Assembly (NCBI GenBank): GCA_965202665.1
Contig: OZ241841.1
Span: forward strand, 1,056,001 to 1,120,000
Source of the DNA: Candidatus Spongiisociaceae bacterium
GTDB taxonomy: Bacteria > Actinomycetota > Acidimicrobiia > Spongiisociales > Spongiisociaceae
DNA length: 64,000 nucleotides
Direction of reading: 5' to 3'
In this document: positions 49,635-59,355 of the stretch, piece by piece
Position numbering within the stretch: the stretch's first letter is position 1
How the letters are laid out: the number at the start of each line of letters is the position of its first letter
Position numbers and translations under genes: made by a program
Notes under the pieces: generated by a model
The model's database searches: none
What the model was told of the DNA's origin: nothing
Seen by the model: only the letters and a program-made list of their open reading frames with translations

Positions 49635-50618
49635 GTGTTCCACCACATGACGACAACAGGAGCCGTATTCACCGACGCAACGGACGCCCTCGTTGGCGCA
49701 CCGGCGGCGCTGGCCAGCCTGGAGACGTTCGCTGACTTGTTCTGCGGGATCGGCGGCTTCCACGTTGCCGCGTCCAGAGCCGGCATGACGTGCGTCTTCG
49801 CCTCCGACATCGACGAGACGGCCCGAAACGTCTACGAGGCGAACCTGGGCCATCGCCCGGTCGGCGACATTGCCGACATCGACGCCGACCAGGTGCCCGA
49901 CCACGACGTACTGTTCGCCGGTCTGCCGTGTCAGCCGTTCAGCATCATCGGCGACCGGCGGGGGATGGCGGACCCCCGGGGAACTCTCTTCTTCGAGACG
50001 GCTCGGATCATCGAGGCAAAGCGCCCGCAAGCGGTTGTGATCGAAAACGTCCGCCAGTTCGCGACCAACCAGGACGGCCAAGCCCTGAAGTGCGTGCTGG
50101 ACACGCTGGAAAGATTGGGTTACGGAGTGGACTGGAAGGTGCTCAACGCACTCCACCACGGGTTGCCGCAACGGCGCGAGCGAATCTTCATCGTCGGCGT
50201 CAAGGGCATGGATTCGCGGACGTTCCCCTGGTCGGAGGGCAAGGCCCCTATGACGCCGCTAGCCGAAGTGCTGGAACCCAATCCTCCGCCGGAAGCGTTC
50301 GCGTCGCGCCGCATTCGCGAATCCAGGCAGAAAATTCACACACCCAGCTGCCGTCCCGCGATCTGGCACGAGAACAAGGGAGGCAACGTGTCCAGCCACC
50401 CGTTCTCTTGTGCGCTCCGGGCGTCGGCCAGCTACAACTACTTGCTGGTGGACGGAACGCGGCGGCTCACCAACCGCGAAATGTTGCGGTTGCAGGGTTT
50501 TCCCGACACCTACCAGATGGACCTGCCGACGACCACCGTCCGCAGGCTCACGGGCAACGCCGTTGCCGTCCCCGTCGTCGAAGCCGTCATACGCCAGTTG
50601 CTCCATGTCTGCGCCTGA
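49635..50618 (+). CDS. DNA (cytosine-5)-methyltransferase
   Basis: DLFCGIGG (I), PCQPFS (IV), ENV (VI), QRRERIF (VIII), RLQGFP (IX), GNAV (X); start could be ATG 49647. Confidence 0.96.
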   Translation: MFHHMTTTGAVFTDATDALVGAPAALASLETFADLFCGIGGFHVAASRAGMTCVFASDIDETARNVYEANLGHRPVGDIADIDADQVPDHDVLFAGLPCQPFSIIGDRRGMADPRGTLFFETARIIEAKRPQAVVIENVRQFATNQDGQALKCVLDTLERLGYGVDWKVLNALHHGLPQRRERIFIVGVKGMDSRTFPWSEGKAPMTPLAEVLEPNPPPEAFASRRIRESRQKIHTPSCRPAIWHENKGGNVSSHPFSCALRASASYNYLLVDGTRRLTNREMLRLQGFPDTYQMDLPTTTVRRLTGNAVAVPVVEAVIRQLLHVCA

Positions 50619-51357
50619 CCCCCGCCTCAAAGGCGCGTCCGGCGCAAGCAGAGGACCGTGGCCTGTAGGCGCGATACCCGATAGTGTGCTCTACGTCCTG
50701 GGGCGTGAAATCGTCTACTGGCAGGCCGTAGGCAACAGCGACATCACCGGGGACAAGTTCGGCGACATGTTCGCGGATGCTGTTGGCGGCGAGCACCTAG
50801 CCAAGCCGCTGGGATTGGGAGACGTAGTGAGCGACGGTACCGCTTGGTCGCTCAAGACTGCGAAGAAGCCCAACGTCCGCCAGTCCGCCGTCGAGCGATT
50901 CATCTCCGGTCGCAACTCGCCAGACTTCTCGCTCGGGGTTGCTGATCCGCGCAAGGACCCGGAGGCCACGGGCCGGGCCGTGTTGGCCATCTGGAACAGC
51001 CGACTCAACGCATCGCTGAACGAATTCAACGAGTTGCGCTTGGCCTGCTTGATCCGCGACCACCAGCTACGGGACTTCTGCCTGTTCGAGCAACCGCTCA
51101 CGCAGTTCCCCGTCGGAGATTACACCTGGCGGTTCGAGGCACGGATGAAAGGCGCGAACGAAAACCTGCAGGGCTACGAGCGTGCCACGGGCGAACACCG
51201 CTTCACGTGGCAGCCTCATGGCGGACAGTTCACCGTCAAGCGCCCCAGGCCGGGGTCTTCCCGATACTTCCGCATTGTAAAGAACGTGCCGCTTCACACA
51301 AAGGAATCTGTCCTAAAGTGGATCGGTTACCGAGACAGCTGGATCGAGTTCGGCTAG
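50605..51357 (+). CDS. putative type II restriction endonuclease
   Basis: 250-aa ORF overlapping the MTase stop by 14 nt; D-x9-SLK variant of PD-(D/E)xK; gene context. Confidence 0.7.
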   Translation: MSAPDPRLKGASGASRGPWPVGAIPDSVLYVLGREIVYWQAVGNSDITGDKFGDMFADAVGGEHLAKPLGLGDVVSDGTAWSLKTAKKPNVRQSAVERFISGRNSPDFSLGVADPRKDPEATGRAVLAIWNSRLNASLNEFNELRLACLIRDHQLRDFCLFEQPLTQFPVGDYTWRFEARMKGANENLQGYERATGEHRFTWQPHGGQFTVKRPRPGSSRYFRIVKNVPLHTKESVLKWIGYRDSWIEFG

Positions 51358-51541
51358 CTAGGTATGTAACCCCTGTTTTTATCGACGGCATGGACAACAA
51401 GGCAGGCAGCTGTAAAAGGTTCATACACCGTCGCCGGTGAATGGAAACGAATCATCTGGCCGGGCGGCTTTGCCCTATGGCAGAGGCGGCGAACGGGCGG
51501 ATAGCCGACTGCTTCAACCCGGAGAGTCCCCAGGGCGGGGT

Positions 51542-53701
51542 TTAGTTTTCTTCGGGTGGGGGGGCGCCTATGGTGAAGGTGCTGTCGGCGAGTGAGCGAT
51601 CGGTTATTACGGCGGTCAGCGTCCGGTAGCCGGAGGTGTTTAGCAACTGTTGGAAGCGGGCCATGCTGACCGACTCTCCGTCCGCGGTGAACCGGTCGCC
51701 GGACCCGTAGGTTATCAACCACAGGACGCCGCCGGAACGGGCTACCACCGACTGCCGTCCCCGGTCGTGGTACAGCACCTGGGCGGCGTTGTATTCCCGC
51801 GGGTCCCCGTTGTCTTCGGCGAACGCCCGCAACACCCAAAAATGCTCTATCGGTTCAGCGAGGATGTCCAAAATGGCCCGGGCTGGGTCCACCACGTACT
51901 GGGCGCTGATCCGCTCCACGCCGGTGGCGGCCGAATCACGGGTGTAGCGGAGGGTGGCCACCCCTTCCCGATTGGTGGTGCGACGGTGATAGGGCACCGA
52001 CTCGTCCCGCGCCCCTCCCACGCCTTGCGGATCGTCCGACCAGAATTCGATGCGCTTGCCGTATATCGGAGCCCCGTACTGGTCGCGCAATTCGGCGGTG
52101 ACCAGGTTCTCTTCCCCCCGGTCCAATTCGGAGGCGGACTGGTAGACGTTTTCCTGGGACAGAATCAGCTGGGAGGGCGCCGCTTCCTCGTCCGCCCATA
52201 AAATATGTTCGGCCAACCCCAGGGTGGTGTCGTCCCTGATTCCAAAACCGGCGGGAGGGGTGATCACCAGCCGTATCTGCGACTGGTCGCCCCGTCGGTC
52301 GGTACCGGGGTTGGGGTCCGCTTGGCTGAAAACGGCGGTCGCCTCCCCGGAATGGTTGGTCCGGTATTGGCGGTCCCGGCCCAACTCCGACTGGCCGACG
52401 GCGGTGGCCACCCTTATCAACCGTCCGGCTTCCGCCACCGGATCCCCATCCAAATCCACCAGTTGGAAAGTGAAAGTAACCTGGCGCCCGAACATCACTT
52501 TCTTCGCCCGGGGAAGAAGGTCGTCGCTCACTTTCACATCCACCGCCTGTTGGGCGACTTCGAACGACAGGCGGCCAGCGGGGGTGTTTTCCCGGTCGAA
52601 CCGCTCCCCCAACTGGCCGGTCCACGCATAAAGTTCGGCGGTGCGCGTCACATCCACCATCCCGGTGATGTTGCCCAGCCGGTCGGTGATGGGGTCGCTG
52701 GAATCGATACGGCATTTGCCGGACCCCTCAAAAACGGCCGTCACATTGTTGAGGGAACATTCGCCCCGCTGGTTGAACGGATCGTCCCGACGGGAGGCCA
52801 AAAACCCATCCACCGACGCCCGGGCCTGCGGCGCATGGTCGGCGTTGCGAACCGAAACCGTCGCCTCCACCCTTTCCGCCCCTTCCACGGACAGGGCGGA
52901 AGCCTGGACGGTCACCCCGGCCGGGCGGGCGTTGGCATGGGCCAAAGTGCGGGTTATAAATAGGGCCATCTGCGCCCTGGTCACCGGACGTTCCGGCGAA
53001 AAGGCGGTGGGGGTGGTACCGCTGGTTATGCCCAGTTCGGCCAGGTTGCGTATCGCCCGAAAGGCGGCCAGCGGCACCTCTCCGATGTCGGTGAAATGCG
53101 TGTCATCGGGATCGACCTGTTTGATGTCGGTCCCGCCCGGCCCCACTTCGGCTCGACGGAGAAACCGATCCAGGATTACCGCCATTTCCCGGCGGGTGAC
53201 CGGCCCGTTGGGGTTGAACTCCCCGCCGGCCCCGGTCATAACGCCCAACTCCCCCATCTGTCGGACCGCGGTCCGGGCTTCCTCCGACAGGCCGCTCAGG
53301 TCGGTGAAAGGGCTTTCCCCGGCCACTTCGGGGAGGGTTATCCCGGCGGGGGCGGCGGCCCGGGCCAGAAACAGGGCCATCTGCCAGCGGAGCACCGTCT
53401 CGGCCGGGGAAAACCGGTCGGCGGTGCGGCCTCTGGTTATTCCGTAATGAACCAGGCAGTTGACGGCGGCTTCGGCGATGCTTCCCCGCATGTCCGCGAA
53501 CCCGGCAGAGTCGGCGGCCGGACCGACGCAGGCCGAATAACGGGCCGGGTTGTCGGGCCGCCCGTTCACCGCCCCCCCCGGAGCCGCCGGGCCGAGCACG
53601 GAGGCCAGCAAGGCGAGAACCACAGCCGCCAACGCGACTTTCCCCATTGCCGCGCCCACACGGAAACCGAATGTCCCTGTCATGTTCGCCATTGTAGGCA
53701 C
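51542..53701 (-). CDS. S-layer homology protein 3 (core only)
   Basis: Same SLH plus Ig-like core, no propeller; start uncertain. Confidence 0.88.
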   Translation of the reverse strand: MPTMANMTGTFGFRVGAAMGKVALAAVVLALLASVLGPAAPGGAVNGRPDNPARYSACVGPAADSAGFADMRGSIAEAAVNCLVHYGITRGRTADRFSPAETVLRWQMALFLARAAAPAGITLPEVAGESPFTDLSGLSEEARTAVRQMGELGVMTGAGGEFNPNGPVTRREMAVILDRFLRRAEVGPGGTDIKQVDPDDTHFTDIGEVPLAAFRAIRNLAELGITSGTTPTAFSPERPVTRAQMALFITRTLAHANARPAGVTVQASALSVEGAERVEATVSVRNADHAPQARASVDGFLASRRDDPFNQRGECSLNNVTAVFEGSGKCRIDSSDPITDRLGNITGMVDVTRTAELYAWTGQLGERFDRENTPAGRLSFEVAQQAVDVKVSDDLLPRAKKVMFGRQVTFTFQLVDLDGDPVAEAGRLIRVATAVGQSELGRDRQYRTNHSGEATAVFSQADPNPGTDRRGDQSQIRLVITPPAGFGIRDDTTLGLAEHILWADEEAAPSQLILSQENVYQSASELDRGEENLVTAELRDQYGAPIYGKRIEFWSDDPQGVGGARDESVPYHRRTTNREGVATLRYTRDSAATGVERISAQYVVDPARAILDILAEPIEHFWVLRAFAEDNGDPREYNAAQVLYHDRGRQSVVARSGGVLWLITYGSGDRFTADGESVSMARFQQLLNTSGYRTLTAVITDRSLADSTFTIGAPPPEEN

Positions 53702-53739
53702 CGCACCGCCCTAAACCGCGGAACCTCCTTCCCCAACAG

Positions 53740-53769
53740 AAGAACCCCCGCCGGTGGGCGGGGGTTCTT
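53740..53769 (-). terminator. intrinsic terminator after SLH gene 4
   Basis: Perfect 13-bp stem AAGAACCCCCGCC/GGCGGGGGTTCTT with 4-nt loop, 20 nt after the stop. Confidence 0.85.
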
Positions 53770-53789
53770 GCTGCTAAAGCGAGTTGAAC

Positions 53790-56198
53790 TCAGGTAGTGG
53801 AAGTGGTCGCAGGAGCCTCGGAGATGGTAAAGGACGACACGTCGCTAGCGGTGTCCGAGTAGTTGACCAGCTCAATCCTGGTGTACTTCGGATCGCCACC
53901 TTCTTTTTTGGCGTCCAGTTCCTTCTCGAAGTCTTCCATCGTCACCGGCTGGCTACCGACCGTGAAGTGGTCGTTGTCATCGTAGACCGCAACGGAAGAA
54001 GTGTCATCCGTCTCCGTGCACGCCATGACGGGCGGGTTAGCGTCAGCGTCGGCCTCTGTGCTATCAAGACAGTCGCCCTTTTGGGACGTGAACACGATGG
54101 TGTTTTCCTCCGTGCTCCGGATGACAATCTCGTCAACCGCGGTCGTGGAGGTGGCATCGTCGGCCTTGGCCGGCCAGTAATGCACGAGGGCTCCGTCAGC
54201 GTCCGCGCCGTCGATCTGAAGCGTAAAGTCTTCGTCATCTCCGGGGCAATCAGTGGCCGAACCGAGGCACGTGCCTTTCTGGACCACGACACTGGTAGTA
54301 GCCCAGATGGTTTCTATGCCGCCGGTGTCGCTGTCCCGTTGGTAGGAGACCCGCCGAGCTCCGCTCCGAGCACCGGTATTGCCTGACTTATTCCTCACAT
54401 TATCGATACCCATGATGCCTTCATCATCGTTCGAGTTGAAGGTAACCAAAACACCGCCCACCGGCTCGCCGTACTCGTTGGTAACGGTGGCGGTAACCGA
54501 ACTTTGGGCGCCGGGACCCTCTGCCGAAGCTACCGTGTACTCGGTCCTCTGGCTCAGCTTTAAGGTGTGATTCTCGGGATTGGCGTCGTCATCCGACCAG
54601 GTCAAGCCCATCCGGACCACAGTATCGGAGGTGCTCTCAGCATTTTTACGGACCACGCCGTCGTTACTGCCTTCAGTCTCCGCATCACCCGGGTTCTCGC
54701 CTTCGCCGTCCTTCAGTTTGATATCGTCGGTGTCGTCGGGGTCGGTGATGATCAGAACCACCGTAGCATCCGTGTCGCCATTGTTGCCAGCGGTGGGATC
54801 GTTCTGGGTGAACGACAGCTCGATCTTGCCCGAAGCGTCGGTCTTCTGGGTGCTGGAAGACGCATTGCTGCTCCCAGTCTCACCTTGCTTGGCGGCACTG
54901 GTAACCGTCTGCGAGATGCCGAGCGACACATCTTCTTTGGCGACCGGGTTGTTGTCTTCATCAGCCACCTGGATAGTCACTTTGACCGTCCGACCAAACT
55001 TCATCTTGGTCTGATCATCGTTCAGATCGTGGCTGACCAGCAACCTGGTAGCGCCCTTTTGGAAAGCGAGTTCCAGCATGGCGCTGGTGGTCTCGTCGTT
55101 GTCGTACTTGTCGCCTTCGTCGCCGGTCCAAGCCCAAATGGTGGTGTCCGCCGTGACCGTCAAAGTGATGGATGTGATGTCGCCGGCGCTGTCGGTCCGC
55201 TCGTCGTTGCCGTCAACTTCGCACTTGCGACTGCCCTCCCGCTGGGTGGTACCGGTGTCGCAGGTCCCGTCTTCCATGAAAGCTGTGTCGGGATCGGTGG
55301 AAGTGAACACATCCACCGGCACATCCGTCATCGCCTGGAAGTCGTCGTTGCGCATGGAAATGACCAAGTTGATGTCTTCGCCGTCCGTGCCGTCCGAACC
55401 GGAACCGGTGGCCGTGTCTTTAAGCGACTGAATGGACAAGCCGGCCGGCCGGGCCACGGTGTGGGCCAAAGTACGGGAGATGAACAACGCCATCTGCTCC
55501 CTGGTCACCGACTGAGTGGGCCGGTAAAGGGTTTCCGTCACGCCTTTGGTGATGCCCAACTCGTAAACGCGGCGGATGGAGATGTACTGGTTGCGGGCCA
55601 CGGTGGCAATGTCGGTGAAAACATTGTCGTCCGGGTTCAACTTGGTCACGTCGGCCCCGCCCTGCCCCGGCGTGGCTTTCTTCAGAAACTCGTCCAACAT
55701 GGTCGCCATGGACCCGCGGCTAACCGAAGTGTTGGGCGCGAAGGTGGTGGCCGAAGTTCCGGGCATAATCCCCAATTCGGCCAGATTGTTGGCCGCCGCC
55801 TGAGCGGCCTCGCTCAACGCGCCGATGTCGGTGAAACCCTGGTCGGTCGGCGAAGCGGGCAACACCACCCCCGCCGGGCCGGCCGCCCGGGACAGGAACA
55901 AAGCCATCTGCCAACGGGTAATGGTCTCCACGGGGGAGAACATCGTTTCTGTGCGACCCTGCGCGATGTTGTAATGCGCCAAGCAGTTGATGGCGTCTTC
56001 ACCGCTGATCCCCTCGATGTCCTCGAACCCGGCGTCGGCGGACGCGGCGCCCACGCAAGCCGAGTACTCGGCCGGGTTGTCAACATCAGGGTTGTCCGCG
56101 TCAGCGGTTGCTTGGCGGGGGTTGACGGCCAGCAACGCCGCAATCAAACCCAACACCGCTAGCACCGCTAGACTTTTTCTTCCAAGCAAGCCAGTCAT
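53790..56198 (-). CDS. S-layer homology protein 4 (probable major S-layer protein)
   Basis: Same core; very acidic and Thr-rich; TAAGGAG SD; own terminator. Confidence 0.9.
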   Translation of the reverse strand: MTGLLGRKSLAVLAVLGLIAALLAVNPRQATADADNPDVDNPAEYSACVGAASADAGFEDIEGISGEDAINCLAHYNIAQGRTETMFSPVETITRWQMALFLSRAAGPAGVVLPASPTDQGFTDIGALSEAAQAAANNLAELGIMPGTSATTFAPNTSVSRGSMATMLDEFLKKATPGQGGADVTKLNPDDNVFTDIATVARNQYISIRRVYELGITKGVTETLYRPTQSVTREQMALFISRTLAHTVARPAGLSIQSLKDTATGSGSDGTDGEDINLVISMRNDDFQAMTDVPVDVFTSTDPDTAFMEDGTCDTGTTQREGSRKCEVDGNDERTDSAGDITSITLTVTADTTIWAWTGDEGDKYDNDETTSAMLELAFQKGATRLLVSHDLNDDQTKMKFGRTVKVTIQVADEDNNPVAKEDVSLGISQTVTSAAKQGETGSSNASSSTQKTDASGKIELSFTQNDPTAGNNGDTDATVVLIITDPDDTDDIKLKDGEGENPGDAETEGSNDGVVRKNAESTSDTVVRMGLTWSDDDANPENHTLKLSQRTEYTVASAEGPGAQSSVTATVTNEYGEPVGGVLVTFNSNDDEGIMGIDNVRNKSGNTGARSGARRVSYQRDSDTGGIETIWATTSVVVQKGTCLGSATDCPGDDEDFTLQIDGADADGALVHYWPAKADDATSTTAVDEIVIRSTEENTIVFTSQKGDCLDSTEADADANPPVMACTETDDTSSVAVYDDNDHFTVGSQPVTMEDFEKELDAKKEGGDPKYTRIELVNYSDTASDVSSFTISEAPATTSTT

Positions 56199-56380
56199 TT
56201 TTCACTCCTTAGCTTTTGTGTCTAGATAGGTCCTAATAGGCCCAACAGCCTTTATACGGGATAAGCATACCCTCCGCAACAGGTAAGTCAAGCCTTTTGA
56301 AAATCTTAGCATCCCCTTTCCGCCGCCCACCGACGAAACGGGTATATCTTTTGCCAGTGGACAAACCGGGAGGCGGAACA

Positions 56381-57544
56381 ATGGCGGCCCCGTCAAACAA
56401 CCAAAACGCAACCGGCCCCGGCCCCGCAGAGCGGACGGCGGGACCGCTCGCCGACCTGGTAGTGGCGGACCTGACCCGGGTGCTGGCCGGACCCTACGCC
56501 ACCCGGGTGCTGGCCGATCTGGGAGCGCGGGTGGTCAAAGTGGAACACCCGCCGGACGGGGACGACGCCCGGCGTTACGGGCCTTTCATCGGCGGACGCA
56601 GCGGCTACTACCAGTCTTTGAACCACGGCAAACAAACGATGATGGCCGACCTGAAAGACCGCCGGGGAAGGGCGGTGTTTGAGGAACTGCTGGACGGGGC
56701 GGACGTGCTGGTGGAAAACTTTCGGCCGGGAGTGATGGAACGGCTCGGCTACGGCTGGGAAACCGTCCGGGAGCGATGGCCCCGGTTGGTGTACGCGGCG
56801 GTGAGCGGGTTCGGGCACGCCGGGCCCTATGCGCAACGGCCCGCCTACGACCTGGTGGCGCAGGCGATGGGGGGGCTGATGGGCCTGACCGGACACCCCG
56901 GCGCTCCGCCCGTCCGAGTGGGGACTTCCATCGGGGATGTCGCCGCCGGGTTGTTTACGGTGATCGGAATCCTGGCCGCGCTGGAAGACCGCCGGCGCAC
57001 CGGACAGGGGCAGAAAGTGGACATCGCCATGTTGGACTGCCAGGTGTCCATCCTGGAAAACGCGGTGGTGCGCCAGTCGGCCGTCGAACTGTCCGGGGGG
57101 CTGGACGAACCGCCCGGACCGCTCGGCTCGCGCCATCCGTCCATAACCCCTTTCGCCGCTTTCCGGGCCGCCGACCGGTGGCTGGTCATCGCGGCGGGCA
57201 ACGACCAACTGTTCCGGCGGCTGTGCGAAACCCTGGGAAGGCCGGATCTGGCCGACGACCCCCGCTTCGCCGACAACCAAAGCCGCACCGCCCGCGCCCC
57301 GGAGCTGGAAAAAGAAATCGAAGCCGCCCTGTCCGCCGACCGGGCCGCCGCCTGGCTGGCCAAACTGGAAGCGGCCGGGGTGCCCTGCTCCCCCATCAAC
57401 AACATGGCGGAAGTGATGGCCAACCCCAGCATCCGGGCCCGCAACATGATCGTCCCCCTCCCCCTCCCCGACGGAACCATCCTGGAAACAGCCGGAAACC
57501 CGGTAAAACTATCCGCCCACCCCGACCCCCCGCCCCCCGCCTAA
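56381..57544 (+). CDS. CaiB/BaiF (family III) CoA transferase
   Basis: DLTRVLAGPYA, VKVE, ENFRPG, AYDLVAQA; C-terminus looks short. Confidence 0.92.
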   Translation: MAAPSNNQNATGPGPAERTAGPLADLVVADLTRVLAGPYATRVLADLGARVVKVEHPPDGDDARRYGPFIGGRSGYYQSLNHGKQTMMADLKDRRGRAVFEELLDGADVLVENFRPGVMERLGYGWETVRERWPRLVYAAVSGFGHAGPYAQRPAYDLVAQAMGGLMGLTGHPGAPPVRVGTSIGDVAAGLFTVIGILAALEDRRRTGQGQKVDIAMLDCQVSILENAVVRQSAVELSGGLDEPPGPLGSRHPSITPFAAFRAADRWLVIAAGNDQLFRRLCETLGRPDLADDPRFADNQSRTARAPELEKEIEAALSADRAAAWLAKLEAAGVPCSPINNMAEVMANPSIRARNMIVPLPLPDGTILETAGNPVKLSAHPDPPPPA

Positions 57545-57545
57545 A

Positions 57546-58151
57546 CTAAACCGCCCCTCCCCCTTCCTCCTTCTCCGCCGGAAAAGCATCACCTTCTCCG
57601 GGAGTATTCGCTGTCGGGCGAACAAATCCCTCTCCAGACATATCGCCAGGCTGGCCGGACAATGCCTCATCGCTTTTAACCGGCGATATCTCAGAACCCG
57701 TGTAGTCGACCGGGCTTCCTGTGGGATCACCAGGATCTTGCTGATCCCGTATCTCCTGCGCCAGGCTAGAGCCGGTCTGCAGGGCGCGAAATACAAGCCA
57801 AACCACTGCAACAACGTTCGCCGCCATCAGAAAAAACACAATTAGGAATGACCAGCCAAAGGAAAGCGGACTTTGCCCCAGTACTTCCAGCCATAAAATC
57901 TCCGCCGGCGGGGCGCCGACGATAATCGCCAAAGGAACGAGAATCGCCACCGCGGCGGCAAAGGCCAGATACATTCTGAACCGCCGCCGTAGCCGATAAC
58001 CCTTCCATCCCCCGCGAGGGGCGGTCTCCTCCAGCCAGTCACGTACCTTGGCGTTGAAGGCGGCTAAGCCGATCACGCCCACAGTGGCGGCCACCCCGGC
58101 GGCGGCAAGCATGGCCATGGCGGCCGTAGTCGCATAGTCAGCACTGAGCAT
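57546..58151 (-). CDS. hypothetical membrane protein (3 TM plus acidic tail)
   Basis: Three hydrophobic segments; lower GC. Confidence 0.7.
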   Translation of the reverse strand: MLSADYATTAAMAMLAAAGVAATVGVIGLAAFNAKVRDWLEETAPRGGWKGYRLRRRFRMYLAFAAAVAILVPLAIIVGAPPAEILWLEVLGQSPLSFGWSFLIVFFLMAANVVAVVWLVFRALQTGSSLAQEIRDQQDPGDPTGSPVDYTGSEISPVKSDEALSGQPGDMSGEGFVRPTANTPGEGDAFPAEKEEGGGAV

Positions 58152-58180
58152 TGTTTAGTATCAACGAAGGGTCTGGATGT

Positions 58181-58585
58181 CTACCCAATGGGGGCGGGTT
58201 GCTCCACCTGGCGTATCAGCCACTCGGCTTGTATCTCCGGGCATTCACCGTTGCCGGTATCCAAAATTCTCGCCCTGCGTACCTCTTCAAAGGGGTAACG
58301 GCTGACGATGCGCACGCTGTTCGGAGAGGTGAAATCCACCGTCCAAATCACATTCTGGTTTTTGGTACGCGGCAGCAACGTATCCGGCATGTTGCCCTCC
58401 ATAACGTACTGTGCGACTTGGAGAATATCCGATGCGGCAACCGTAAGCGGATTCGACAGGCGGAACATCTCGTCGGGCTTCAACCGCCCGTTGCCCCGCA
58501 ACACCAAACCGCCGCCCTCCCTCTCCTCCCACCTGGTAACCCAAGCCGTAACCGGCTCCAGCGTGAACAAAAACTTCTCACCCAC
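58181..58585 (-). CDS. hypothetical protein (134 aa)
   Basis: AAGGAG SD before GTG; globular composition. Confidence 0.7.
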   Translation of the reverse strand: MGEKFLFTLEPVTAWVTRWEEREGGGLVLRGNGRLKPDEMFRLSNPLTVAASDILQVAQYVMEGNMPDTLLPRTKNQNVIWTVDFTSPNSVRIVSRYPFEEVRRARILDTGNGECPEIQAEWLIRQVEQPAPIG

Positions 58586-58809
58586 ATCCGCTCCTTCCTA
58601 CCTGGCCCAGCCCGGTCCTCCACCCGCCCGGGTTATGGCGTTTCGATGATGCCGTCTTTGTCGTCTCCTCGCTCCCATCTAAGTTACCGAGGAAGCAGGG
58701 CGCTATGCATTTTATAACGGACTAATTTTTATGTGTCCGCAACCAACCGACGAGGCGCACGCCGTTCGGAGAAACGCCGGTTTTCCGTCGACCGCCATTC
58801 TTGGGCCGG

Positions 58810-59298
58810 TCAGCGGGAGGCCAGTTCGTTGTCGATCAGGGCCAGGCCCACTTCGCTGTCAGCCACCCGGCGCAGCCGTTCGTGGATGGCCCCCACCGAC
58901 GACTCTTCTTCTATCTGCTCGGTGAGGAACCCTTGCAGGAAAGGCAGACTGTCCACATCCCCGCTCTGCTGGGCCAACTCGTACAAGCGGCGGATCTGGT
59001 CGCTTACCGCCCTTTCCTGGGCCAGGGAAGCGGCGAAAACCTCCACCGGGTCGGCGAAGTCGCTTCGGGGAGCGGGGAGGGAACCTATGGCCACCCGCCC
59101 GTCCCGGGACAGGACGAAATCCATGAACATCCGGGCGTGCTCCGCCTCCTCGCCGGACTGCGCCCTCATCCAGTGCGCCATCCCCGGCCGGTTGTCGGCT
59201 TCCAAACCGGCCGCCATCTGCAGGTAGGACAGTGACGCGGCCAACTCGCTGGTGATCTGATCGTTGAGGGCCTCCGCCAAGCGGTCGGGCAAAGCCAT
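58810..59298 (-). CDS. ferritin
   Basis: LNDQITSE..YLQMA, EEAEHA, FLTEQIEEE ferroxidase residues. Confidence 0.93.
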   Translation of the reverse strand: MALPDRLAEALNDQITSELAASLSYLQMAAGLEADNRPGMAHWMRAQSGEEAEHARMFMDFVLSRDGRVAIGSLPAPRSDFADPVEVFAASLAQERAVSDQIRRLYELAQQSGDVDSLPFLQGFLTEQIEEESSVGAIHERLRRVADSEVGLALIDNELASR

Positions 59299-59355
59299 GG
59301 TTTATCTCCCCTCGGTCGCTGGTTGACTGCCCCCATTCTACCCTTTCCCGGCCGG

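Noticed and set aside
49413-51542. R-M cassette as an autonomous mobile element
   Set aside because: No transposase, integrase, terminal repeats or target duplication could be identified
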